From assembly GCA_021796385.1 (NCBI GenBank), contig JAJYXQ010000005.1, positions 21,398-85,397 on the forward strand: 64,000 nucleotides of DNA, written 5' to 3'. Positions 35,448 to 43,968 of the stretch are shown here, piece after piece. The number at the start of each line of letters is the position of its first letter. The first letter of the stretch is position 1. The DNA comes from Thermoplasmata archaeon (GTDB lineage Archaea; Thermoplasmatota; Thermoplasmata; Lutacidiplasmatales; UBA184). The translations under genes and the position numbers were made by a program. The notes beneath the pieces are model-generated. The model had not been told where the DNA came from, ran no database searches, and saw only the letters and a program-made list of their open reading frames with translations.

Positions 35448-36710
35448 TTAAACGGAAGGTGAACTCTTGCCAGTCCCTTGAAGGGCCAGGTGCCGGAAGT
35501 GCCGATTGGTCCACCAGGTACCAAAACATGCTACCGCTACTATCCCCGAGTAGGCGATGAGGATAAACGGGGGAAAAGCCTCGAAGAGCACTCCGCCAAG
35601 GGCCGGGCCGGCGAGACCCGGTAGACGTGTGGCGACACTGAAGGATCCGATGGTCGTTGCCCTTCGTTCCCGTCCGACGGATGCACCGATGTAGACCGCT
35701 GGGGAGACGGTATCGAACATGCCGATGGCTCCCCAAACCTCGTAGAGCCCTCCCGCCAACAATACGTTGCGCACAAAGACCATCACTGTGACGGCGACCG
35801 CTTCCCCGGCAAAGCTTAGGGTGGCCGTCCGAAGGGCGCCCAACCGGTCCACAAGTTTACCCGAGACAAAAGCAAGGACTCCCATCATCCCGAGCTCGAT
35901 GGAGGCGAGCAGACCGTAGAAATTGACTGGGGCCCCTAAGTACCGGGTGAAGTACAACGGGAGAAAGGGGCCATACATCTGTTGGCCAAAACTGACCAAC
36001 CCGTATACTCCGATGATCGGCAGGATCGGCCCAAGTATGGTCCATCCTCCCGGCCGTTGTTTCTTGTGGCCATCAATCAGAGGCCGCATCGGGCTTTCCG
36101 GCGACGGCTCTCGGAGGTACCACCATTTAATGACCAGTGCTATGCCGAGGAAAAGGGTGGCGATCAAGAAGACCCAAGCCCAACCGTATCCTTGTCCTAT
36201 CAATGAACCGATAAAGGGCATCGGGACCGATACCAGCGAAGGAAGCACGTAGGGGGAAGACATCGCAATCCCTCGTTGCGATTCCGATACTGACTCGAAG
36301 AGTATGGCCCGGGTGGCGCCAGTACCAAAGGTGCCCCCTATGCTGAAGAGGCCAAAACCTAGAAGGATCGAAGGCAGCGTGGGTAGGTTGGCAACCAATC
36401 CAATGAGGATGAGGGCGGTACCACCCAGCATACTTCCTGAGGCAAGGAGGATCACATCCTTGCGCTTGCCTCGATCGGCCAAGATTCCCCCGAGCGGGGC
36501 TCCCACCATACCAAGCCCGAGACCAACGGCAACAACCAGGGCGATGGTGAGGATACCTATCCCCTCGGAGAACAAGAAAATGCTGAAAAGGGGCCACCAG
36601 AGGGAGGTGGCTCCGGTGTGAAATATTCCGGAGAACGCAATGGCCCGAGGGTTCCCAGGCAGGGTGATCGAAACGAACAGCTTCCCGAAACGGGATCTAT
36701 CTTCGCCCAT
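35448..36710 (-). CDS. MFS transporter
   Basis: 420 aa with 12 predicted TM helices. ADRGKRKD-type loop between TM2 and TM3. Confidence 0.75.
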   Translation of the reverse strand: MGEDRSRFGKLFVSITLPGNPRAIAFSGIFHTGATSLWWPLFSIFLFSEGIGILTIALVVAVGLGLGMVGAPLGGILADRGKRKDVILLASGSMLGGTALILIGLVANLPTLPSILLGFGLFSIGGTFGTGATRAILFESVSESQRGIAMSSPYVLPSLVSVPMPFIGSLIGQGYGWAWVFLIATLFLGIALVIKWWYLREPSPESPMRPLIDGHKKQRPGGWTILGPILPIIGVYGLVSFGQQMYGPFLPLYFTRYLGAPVNFYGLLASIELGMMGVLAFVSGKLVDRLGALRTATLSFAGEAVAVTVMVFVRNVLLAGGLYEVWGAIGMFDTVSPAVYIGASVGRERRATTIGSFSVATRLPGLAGPALGGVLFEAFPPFILIAYSGIVAVACFGTWWTNRHFRHLALQGTGKSSPSV

Positions 36711-36781
36711 CTCCCCTAAGTTGGCAAGGAGACGGGCGAGGGGGTTCCGATCTTCTAGATCGCCATCGATCGGGGTTCATT

Positions 36782-37513
36782 TCAGCGCTTCAGATGGACG
36801 ATCTCATACTTCTCGGTCTTCTCCAGCTTACCTAGGATATCGATCGCGAGGTTCTCAGCCTCCTTGGCGGTACCACTTCGGTAGCTCAGGTTGAGGTTGG
36901 CCTGGGCTCGTTGGTACCCCTTTCCTATGGCAATAGCCTTCCCCAAAACATGCGCTCCCGAGGGTTCAAACATCACCAAGGAGGGCTTCCCTTCGAGGAG
37001 GGCAGCGATCAACAGTATCGTCCCGAGCGGTCGGCGGCGCTTATCCGTATTGTTCTCCCAGAAGAACACGGTGAGAGAGTCGATGAGGTCGGCCAACGTC
37101 TTCGGAGGGTTCTTCCGGAGCGTCCGGATGGCCATGTATCCATCCGCTCGCACTCCCGTCGGACAGGCTGTGAGATTGCTCGAGACCCTTTCGATCTTGG
37201 AATACTCCATTAAGGGAGATGGGCACGCGATCTTGCATGCGAGCAGGACCCCACCCTGGTAGGTGATTCCGACCACGGTGGGTCCACGCAGGGCCGACTC
37301 CCGTGCGTAGTCCATCTGGTAAACTCGTCCATCTGGGGAGTAGATATTGTCCTTGTCGAACACCTGCGCCATCGGTCCCGCCATCGAGGTGTAGGCGGCG
37401 AGCGCCGCCCGTACAAGCTCCGCCTTGCTGGAAAACGGCCCAGTACTGACCAACGAGTCCAGGTATCGATCGATCTCTTCCGGTATAGCCGTGCGAAGTT
37501 CTGTCATTGCCAT
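36782..37513 (-). CDS. proteasome alpha-type subunit homologue with an N-terminal ribbon-helix-helix extension
   Basis: Residues 48-243 are collinear with archaeal PsmA ([19 protein letters not shown] matches [29 protein letters not shown] matches AIGSGS). Residues 1-47 ([43 protein letters not shown]) match the CopG/MetJ RHH consensus, and the first ATG sits exactly at the start of the RHH beta-strand. Confidence 0.65.
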   Translation of the reverse strand: [243 protein letters not shown]

Positions 37514-37574
37514 TAATACATCATGACTCCATATAACCGTAGCGTAGATGCATTTCTGACGTATGTCGGATTAG

Positions 37575-37582
37575 TTATATAA
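37575..37582 (+). promoter_or_regulatory. TATA box (TTATATAA) of the small-ORF/radical-SAM operon; may also serve the divergent proteasome-like gene
   Basis: A strong archaeal TATA consensus, ~34 bp upstream of the GTG at 37616. GGAGGTG (37603-37609) lies between them as a Shine-Dalgarno. Confidence 0.5.
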
Positions 37583-37615
37583 GCGATATCCCTGATTCAC
37601 ACGGAGGTGAACAAG

Positions 37616-37747
37616 GTGGACATTCAAAAGGAACTGGAGCTAGAGGTTGCGCGTCTGTTGGAACGGCTCGAAGTCTCTGCGGCCCCCCGGCCGGAGAGCT
37701 TTGAACGCCTGTCAATCCCCGGCAGCCCAGAGATCATGTGGGGGTAG
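37616..37747 (+). CDS. unannotated 43-aa acidic small ORF; candidate RiPP-type precursor peptide (amphipathic N-terminal half, C-terminal ...SIPGSPEIMWG)
   Basis: GTG start 6 nt after GGAGGTG, TAG stop at 37745-37747. Translation is VDIQKELELEVARLLERLEVSAAPRPESFERLSIPGSPEIMWG. It lies directly upstream of a radical-SAM/SPASM gene and is separated from it by a hairpin. Too short to appear in the ORF track. Confidence 0.35.
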   Translation: MDIQKELELEVARLLERLEVSAAPRPESFERLSIPGSPEIMWG

Positions 37748-37757
37748 ACCCCACCGC

Positions 37758-37791
37758 CAGGGACAGGGCTTCCTCTGAGGTTCTGTCCCTG
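37758..37791 (+). terminator. perfect 9-bp inverted repeat (cagggacag-N16-ctgtccctg) between the small ORF and the radical SAM gene; putative attenuator or partial terminator
   Basis: Read directly from the sequence. It is followed by a short T-containing stretch (ccattctt). Such a hairpin in RiPP operons typically raises the precursor:enzyme transcript ratio. Confidence 0.4.
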
Positions 37792-37811
37792 AACCATTCT
37801 TGTAGGACCCT

Positions 37812-38966
37812 ATGGAGGAAATAAGTATAGATCGGTGGGGTCCAGTCCTCGAGAACCGGAAACTCATCAAACTCATCTGGCATGTCACCAACCGGTGCAA
37901 CTTCGCTTGCTCTTACTGTTACGTTGTGGTGAACCGGTACAAGACAGATCTTCCAACCGAGCAGATGTTCGACATTGTCGATCAGATCAACCGGTCGGGG
38001 ATCCAAGCGCTGAACTTGACTGGCGGCGAGGTCTTCACCCGGGAAGACATCCTGCCCATCCTTGAGCGCATTCGCCCCGAGATCCGAGTAGGCATAGCCA
38101 CCAATGGATCGCGGATCACCCCCGAGATCGCCCGGGCGATGGCGGAGCGGGACGCCTTTGCCTCCATCACGATCGACAGCCTGGACGATGCCGTGAACCA
38201 ATCAACCCGCGTCGGGAGCGACACCCCTCGACTCTTGGCGAACGTGAAGCTTCTCATCGACTCTGGGGTACGGACCGGGCTCAGCGTCGTAGCGACTCGG
38301 ACCAACGCAGGTCATATCGCCCAGATGGCGGAGCACTTCTACCGCATGGGTGCGGTCAGTTGGAAGGTGGGTGCCTTGCGCAACACCGGAGAGGCACTGG
38401 AGTCTCACTCTTTCTCCTCATTGGCGCTCAGTTACGAGGAGGAAGAGCGGCTGTTGAACACTCTCTACGATTTGCGACTGAAATATCGTCCCTTGGGTTT
38501 CGAAGTGCGAGCGAGTTTCACCCCCCACCCAGTGTACTTCGAGAAGTTTGCATCAGAGATAGGAGGCAAGAGCCCATGCCTTTGCGGGTACGCCCGGGCG
38601 GTCCTGAAGCACGATGGGGGACTCGTGCCTTGTGACGCCATCAAGTACCCCGATGACTACGTCAAAGCGGGGTTTGCCATCCCCAACATTCTCCAGGGAC
38701 CCGAGCTTCAAGAGGCTTTCTACGGCTCCTCTCTTTTCCGGCTCTGGACGATGGCCACGTCGGGAGCGGTCCCCGTCGGATGCAACAACTGCTCCTATTT
38801 CGATGCCTGTCGGGGCTTCTGCCGCGGCCAAAGCATGGTACGCACGGGCACAGTCACCGGTCTTCTTGGCCGCTCGACGAGCTGTGCCAGGAACGACAAG
38901 ATCCGCGCCACGGGTGTCCGACCCATTCGAGTGTCCACAGGTACGAAGGTGTCGTCCATAGCATGA
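37812..38966 (+). CDS. radical SAM enzyme with C-terminal SPASM domain (peptide/protein-modifying maturase family)
   Basis: WHVTNRCNFACSYCY is CxxxCxxC. The C-terminal CLCGYARAVLKHDGGLVPCD...GCNNCSYFDACRGFCRG is the 7-Cys SPASM auxiliary-cluster pattern. No N-terminal RRE/PqqD domain is evident. Confidence 0.85.
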   Translation: MEEISIDRWGPVLENRKLIKLIWHVTNRCNFACSYCYVVVNRYKTDLPTEQMFDIVDQINRSGIQALNLTGGEVFTREDILPILERIRPEIRVGIATNGSRITPEIARAMAERDAFASITIDSLDDAVNQSTRVGSDTPRLLANVKLLIDSGVRTGLSVVATRTNAGHIAQMAEHFYRMGAVSWKVGALRNTGEALESHSFSSLALSYEEEERLLNTLYDLRLKYRPLGFEVRASFTPHPVYFEKFASEIGGKSPCLCGYARAVLKHDGGLVPCDAIKYPDDYVKAGFAIPNILQGPELQEAFYGSSLFRLWTMATSGAVPVGCNNCSYFDACRGFCRGQSMVRTGTVTGLLGRSTSCARNDKIRATGVRPIRVSTGTKVSSIA

Positions 38967-39643
38967 GCACTGCAGCCACCGTAAACGCCGGGCACGTCAT
39001 CTGCAAGTTGAGCGTGCCATTGCCGGCAGGAGTGTCGTACCTCCAAACGGTATCTGTTGCCCATCCGTTGGCGATCTTCGAGATGCAGGCCATCATTCCG
39101 ACGCAAGATGGGCGGATCTGGACCAGCTTACGGATCAGCTCTCCGACCGATGTCGAGAGATTGCTGCAGGACATCGAGAGCTCCCCCGATGTTCAAGGAG
39201 TCGATGTGATCAGCCGGGACTTGGAAGGCGCCGCATTGCATGTCGTTTCGGAACTATGCCAACCCAACGTATTCCTAAAAGCGATTGGGCTCGGGCTGAT
39301 CCCGGAGTTCCCAATTTTCGTCAAGGCAGGTCACTTCACACCGATCGTGGCGGCCAAGGAAGAGAGCGTGATGAAACTCTATGATCAATTCCGGAGCGAC
39401 TTCCCGGGAACGACCATCCTTTCGATCCGGAAGGAGACCACGGAAGGAATGAAGCATCTCCTGACCCCACACCAGTTGGAGATCTATCGCACGGCTCTAG
39501 CCTCGGGATACTGGGATGTACCGCGCCGTATCTCTATCACGATGCTTGCGAGCGTGCTCGGGGTCTCGAAATCCACGCTGTCAAAGACCTTGGCCATTGT
39601 GGAAAGCAAGCTCATGCACAATGTTCCTTCAACCGGATTCTGA
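38963..39643 (+). CDS. HTH_10 (Bat/DmsR-type) transcriptional regulator
   Basis: Start overlaps the rSAM stop (ATGA). The C-terminal LTPHQLEIYRTALASGYWDVPRRISITMLASVLGVSKSTLSKTLAIVESKL is the PF04967-type HTH. The track ORF (38780) over-extends into the rSAM gene. Confidence 0.6.
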   Translation: MSTAATVNAGHVICKLSVPLPAGVSYLQTVSVAHPLAIFEMQAIIPTQDGRIWTSLRISSPTDVERLLQDIESSPDVQGVDVISRDLEGAALHVVSELCQPNVFLKAIGLGLIPEFPIFVKAGHFTPIVAAKEESVMKLYDQFRSDFPGTTILSIRKETTEGMKHLLTPHQLEIYRTALASGYWDVPRRISITMLASVLGVSKSTLSKTLAIVESKLMHNVPSTGF

Positions 39644-39679
39644 GCTTTTTCCGAAGGGTTTTGCAGCGGAAAGGGAACT

Positions 39680-40807
39680 TCAGGACCGTTGCGTGATTGG
39701 AACATATGTCCGAAAGTCTGGACCGGAGTACCTTCCAATAGGACTCACCAGCTTGCGTTGGGAGTACTCCTCCTGAATGTGGGCTACCCAGCCAGGCATC
39801 CGGCCAATGGCGAAGACGGGTGTGAAAAGGTCCGGGGGAATGTCGAGCAGCATGAACACGCATGCGGAGTAGAGGTCCAGATTCACGGGAAGGGCTTTGC
39901 GCTTCTTCACGGCCACTTCCAGAGCTCGCAGGGTTGCGAACGGCTCGGGTCGCCGCTTGCGCTCGGAGAGTTCTCGAGCAATCCCCCGGAGGACGGTGGC
40001 CCTAGGGTCCTCTTGACGATATACCCGGTGGCCGAACCCGGTGATCCTCTCACCCGCTGCGAACTTCCGGGCCACGAAATCCTCGGCTCGGTCGGGGGAT
40101 CCGATCTCCCGGACCTGCCGGGCGACGGCGACACTGGCCCCGCCATGCAAAGGTCCTTTGAGCGTACAGAGCGCCGAGGTCACGGCACTGACCATGTCGG
40201 CCCCCGTGCTCGCCGCAACACGGGCGGCGAACGTGGCGGTGTTGAGCTCATTGTCTGCGTGGAGGAGAAAGGTCTGGTCCATCGCCCGTGCCTCCTCGGG
40301 TGATGGGACCTGTCCTCGCAAGAGGTAGAGAAAGCTGGCTCCGGAGTCTAGGTCGTTCCGGGGTTCGAGGTATCCTTGCCCGTTCCGCAGTCGCTCAAAA
40401 TTCGCCGCGATCGTGGGTGTCTCAGAAAGGAGGCGCCCCGCCAGGCCACCATCGTCCCAAGCGCACAGGGGGGGGCCTGAATCTTTCCCCTCAGGAAAGG
40501 CGAGCATCGCCACCATGGCGTCCACGGGGCGCATTTCCCGTGGGAGATGCCGGAGCAGATCGACCCGGGCTTCCGGGATCTTTCGATGTCGACGGACCCT
40601 TTTGGAGAACTCCTCGAGTTCGCCGGAGGTGGGTAGATGTCCCTCGAGCACAAGGAACGAGACCTCCTCGTAGTTTGAAAGGTGCGCAAGTTCTTGGACG
40701 GCGTATCCTCGATAAAGGAGCCGGTCCGGACCCCCTTCGATCAGGGAGATGGAAGTGGACGCAACGACCACATTCTCCAACCCGCCGGGGACTTCGATCT
40801 TGGCCAT
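39680..40807 (-). CDS. citrate synthase
   Basis: GHRVYRQEDPRA (catalytic His), LHADNELNTATFAARV and GPLHGGA motifs. 375 aa. Confidence 0.9.
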   Translation of the reverse strand: MAKIEVPGGLENVVVASTSISLIEGGPDRLLYRGYAVQELAHLSNYEEVSFLVLEGHLPTSGELEEFSKRVRRHRKIPEARVDLLRHLPREMRPVDAMVAMLAFPEGKDSGPPLCAWDDGGLAGRLLSETPTIAANFERLRNGQGYLEPRNDLDSGASFLYLLRGQVPSPEEARAMDQTFLLHADNELNTATFAARVAASTGADMVSAVTSALCTLKGPLHGGASVAVARQVREIGSPDRAEDFVARKFAAGERITGFGHRVYRQEDPRATVLRGIARELSERKRRPEPFATLRALEVAVKKRKALPVNLDLYSACVFMLLDIPPDLFTPVFAIGRMPGWVAHIQEEYSQRKLVSPIGRYSGPDFRTYVPITQRS

Positions 40808-40871
40808 CGGAAACCTCCAAGGACCCCCGAGGATAAGAAGGGTACTGCGGGGCGAGACGATCTCCCCTCGA

Positions 40872-41693
40872 TCAGAGCACCTTGAGACTCCGCTTCTTCG
40901 TGTCGGAGATGCTGGCGAGTAGGGCCCGGGTCACCTGCTCGAGGGAACCGCTCGTGTACTCACCGATCTGGCCGGAGTCTCCCAACTCACTCAGCTTCGG
41001 GTCGACCGGGAGTCGCCCGAGGAGGGGCACGTCGTGGTGGCCAAGGATGGCCTCCGAGTGACTCTTCCCGTATGGGTTGAACACCTCACCACAGTGCGGG
41101 CATTTCACCTCGCCCATGTTCTCCACGAGACCGAGGAGAGGTACATGCAACTCTTCCGCCATCACGATGGCCTTGCGCACGATCAGCGCGCTCAGTTCCT
41201 GCGGTGTGGTGACGAACACCATGCCATCGATAGGGATGGTCTGGAAGACGGTGAGCGGGACATCGGAAGTTCCGGGAGGCATGTCCAGCAGGAGATACTC
41301 GAGCGGTCCCCAGTTCACTTGTCCAAAGAACTGCGTGATGAGCCGGGTCACCATGGGGCCCCGCCATATCACCGGGGTATCTTCGGACTCGACCAGGAAC
41401 TGGCTGGATACCAAACGGATCCCGTGGGGGGTAATGGAGGGTTCGATCCCATGCCCGCGGTCCTTGAGCGGTCCCTTCTGGCCGAAAAGGAGAGGGATCG
41501 AGGGGCCAGTAATGTCGGCGTCCAAGATCCCCACCGTATGGCCTTCCCTGGCCAACTGGGAGGCGAGGAGAGAGGTTACCGATGATTTTCCGACGCCCCC
41601 CTTTCCGCTGCCGACCGCAATGATCTGCTGGAGATCCCCTTTCGGGAGGCGGGCCAAAACCCCGCCGCGAGCTGCGCTCATGTGCTGACCCAC
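40872..41693 (-). CDS. Mrp/NBP35/ApbC-family iron-sulfur cluster carrier ATPase
   Basis: IIAVGSGKGGVGKSSVTSLLA is the deviant Walker A. The CPHCGE CxxC motif is present. 273 aa. Confidence 0.85.
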   Translation of the reverse strand: MGQHMSAARGGVLARLPKGDLQQIIAVGSGKGGVGKSSVTSLLASQLAREGHTVGILDADITGPSIPLLFGQKGPLKDRGHGIEPSITPHGIRLVSSQFLVESEDTPVIWRGPMVTRLITQFFGQVNWGPLEYLLLDMPPGTSDVPLTVFQTIPIDGMVFVTTPQELSALIVRKAIVMAEELHVPLLGLVENMGEVKCPHCGEVFNPYGKSHSEAILGHHDVPLLGRLPVDPKLSELGDSGQIGEYTSGSLEQVTRALLASISDTKKRSLKVL

Positions 41694-41707
41694 CGTTCGA
41701 AACCTGC

Positions 41708-43864
41708 GTGGGTATAAATGCTCGGATGTTTCCGTTTCACGACAACATGACCCAGGCCTCCTCGTCTATGGACCCCATCTTCCGCCCAAGTTCCGTGGCG
41801 GTGATCGGCGCGTCCCGTAAAGCAGGGACCGTCGGTCACACCCTCTTTCGGAACCTTTTAGCGGCCGAGTTCAGCGGTATCGTCTATCCAGTGAACCCCC
41901 ACTGGGGTAGTGTGGGAGGGGTGAAATCCTACCCTTCCATTGCAACCCTTCCGGGAGTCCCAGACCTCGCCGTGGTGATCGTGCCAGCTCCCGATGTCCC
42001 TCCAGTATTGGACGAACTGGGAAAGAAGGGTGTCCGGGGAGCCATCATCGTCTCGGCGGGGTTCCGGGAGATCGGGGGCCAAGGGATCCGAAGGGAGGCC
42101 GACCTCGTCCGGATCGCTACCAAGCACAACATCCGGGTGGTGGGCCCGAACTGTTTCGGTGTGATCAACACGGATCCGGATGTACGACTCAATGCCACCT
42201 TCTCCGAAACCTTACCCTCACGGGGTAACCTTGCCTTCATTTCGCAAAGCGGAGCATTGGGCCAGGGGATCCTCTTGTACGCACGACACCAGGGGATCGG
42301 ACTAACAAAGTTCGTCTCGGTAGGGAACCGGGCAGGGGTCAATGAGTGTGACATCATTGCGGATCTGACCGCGGATGACGCCACTAAGGTCATCCTTCTT
42401 TACTTAGAATCGCTGGCCGACGGCCGGCGATTCCTGTCCGAGGTCAAGTCGGTGGCTGCCCGTAAGCCGGTCATCATTATCAAATCGGGTCGGACCCCCT
42501 TGGGGGAAGAGGCCAGTCGCAGCCACACGGGCAGCCTGGCCCACGCCCTGTCAGATTCCCTTTACGATGCCGTCTTCGATGAGATGGGAGTGTTGCGTGC
42601 GGATAGCATTGCGGATCTTTTCCGTATGGCTCGGACCTTCGCTTCGTGCGAGATACCGGCGGGTCCCCGATTGGCAATCCTCACTAATTCCGGTGGGCCG
42701 GGTATCTTGGCGGCTGATGTGGCGGCTCGGGGAGGACTCCAGTTGCCACCGCTCCCCGAGACCGCCCGGAAAAAGATCGAACGGGTGGCATCACCCAACG
42801 CCTCGAGCCGCAACCCGGTCGACCTTACCGCGGATGCCACATCGGACACGTACCGAAGCGCACTCCGGGTCCTGGTCGGGCAGAGGGGGATCGACTCGGT
42901 CCTGGTCATAGGTACTCCCACCGGCCAGACCACTGGACACGAGATCGCTCGAAGCATCATCGAACAGAAACGGTCAGGACAACCGATCGTGGCCTGTTTG
43001 TTCGGTGTGAACGACCTCTCTGACGAAGCGGCCCTATTGGAGCGACATGGAGTACCGAACTTCACATTCCCGGAGGAAGCGGCGAAGGTGGTCTGCGAAC
43101 TTGCGCGGTACTCTTCGCTGCGCTCCCGGGGGAACCCCCCGACCCCGCGGTTCAAGGTGGGCCGGGACGAGGTAAACCGTCGCCTGACCAACTTCCGATC
43201 GAGCGGTGTCAAATCCATCCCAGATCACCAGGCGCGGGACTTGCTTCGCCTCTACGGATTGAAGTTCCCTGCCAGTCGGTTGACCCATGATGGGGATTCT
43301 GCCGTGGAAGTGGCGCACGACATAGGATATCCGGTAGCCCTCAAGGTGGCCTCCTCAGATATCCTCCATAAGACCGATGTGGGAGGGGTGGTCCTGCACA
43401 TTGATTCCGACGCAGAACTCGTTCAGGCGATGGGGGACATGCAACGGAACGTCAGCCGAAATGCCCCGAAAGCCCGAGTCGAAGGGTACGTCGTGGAGAA
43501 GCTCGAGACCGACGGATTCGAAGTGATCGTGGGTATCCGGCGGGACCCCGATTTTGGACCGGTCTTGCTGTTCGGGATGGGCGGCATCTATGCCGAGACC
43601 TTGAAGGACGTATCCTTCCGCCCTGCCCCCCTCACCTCAGATTCGGCATGGCGATTGATCGATGGGGTCCGGGCATCCAAGGTGTTGCGGGGGGTTCGTG
43701 GGGAAGGCCCACGTGATATCGATGCGCTTCACGAAGCCCTGCTGAGGATATCCCAGTTCGCCACGGAACAACCGCTGGTCGAGGAACTGGACATCAATCC
43801 GTTGATGGTGCTTCCGAATGGCTCGGGAGTTGTCGCCGTGGACTGCCGATTGATCCTCGCGTGA
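41708..43864 (+). CDS. acetate--CoA ligase (ADP-forming), fused alpha/beta subunits
   Basis: N-terminal CoA-binding domain (FRPSSVAVIGASRKAGTVGHTLFRNL...YPVNP), succinyl-CoA-synthetase-like ligase domain and C-terminal ATP-grasp (...VALKVASSDILHKTDVGGVVL). The true start may be the internal MDPIF. Confidence 0.85.
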   Translation: MGINARMFPFHDNMTQASSSMDPIFRPSSVAVIGASRKAGTVGHTLFRNLLAAEFSGIVYPVNPHWGSVGGVKSYPSIATLPGVPDLAVVIVPAPDVPPVLDELGKKGVRGAIIVSAGFREIGGQGIRREADLVRIATKHNIRVVGPNCFGVINTDPDVRLNATFSETLPSRGNLAFISQSGALGQGILLYARHQGIGLTKFVSVGNRAGVNECDIIADLTADDATKVILLYLESLADGRRFLSEVKSVAARKPVIIIKSGRTPLGEEASRSHTGSLAHALSDSLYDAVFDEMGVLRADSIADLFRMARTFASCEIPAGPRLAILTNSGGPGILAADVAARGGLQLPPLPETARKKIERVASPNASSRNPVDLTADATSDTYRSALRVLVGQRGIDSVLVIGTPTGQTTGHEIARSIIEQKRSGQPIVACLFGVNDLSDEAALLERHGVPNFTFPEEAAKVVCELARYSSLRSRGNPPTPRFKVGRDEVNRRLTNFRSSGVKSIPDHQARDLLRLYGLKFPASRLTHDGDSAVEVAHDIGYPVALKVASSDILHKTDVGGVVLHIDSDAELVQAMGDMQRNVSRNAPKARVEGYVVEKLETDGFEVIVGIRRDPDFGPVLLFGMGGIYAETLKDVSFRPAPLTSDSAWRLIDGVRASKVLRGVRGEGPRDIDALHEALLRISQFATEQPLVEELDINPLMVLPNGSGVVAVDCRLILA

Positions 43865-43937
43865 TTCGGGTCCATCCTCCCCGAACATGTGAGGGTCCGG
43901 TCGCGCAAAGTGCAGGACATCTTGCCACAAGGGAATG

Positions 43938-43945
43938 ATTTATAC
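43938..43945 (+). promoter_or_regulatory. TATA-like element (aTTTATAC) upstream of the OFOR operon
   Basis: Centred ~27 bp upstream of the ATG at 43969. This is consistent with a leaderless transcript. Confidence 0.35.
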
Positions 43946-43968
43946 GGGATATCGCTCATCGGTAAGTC

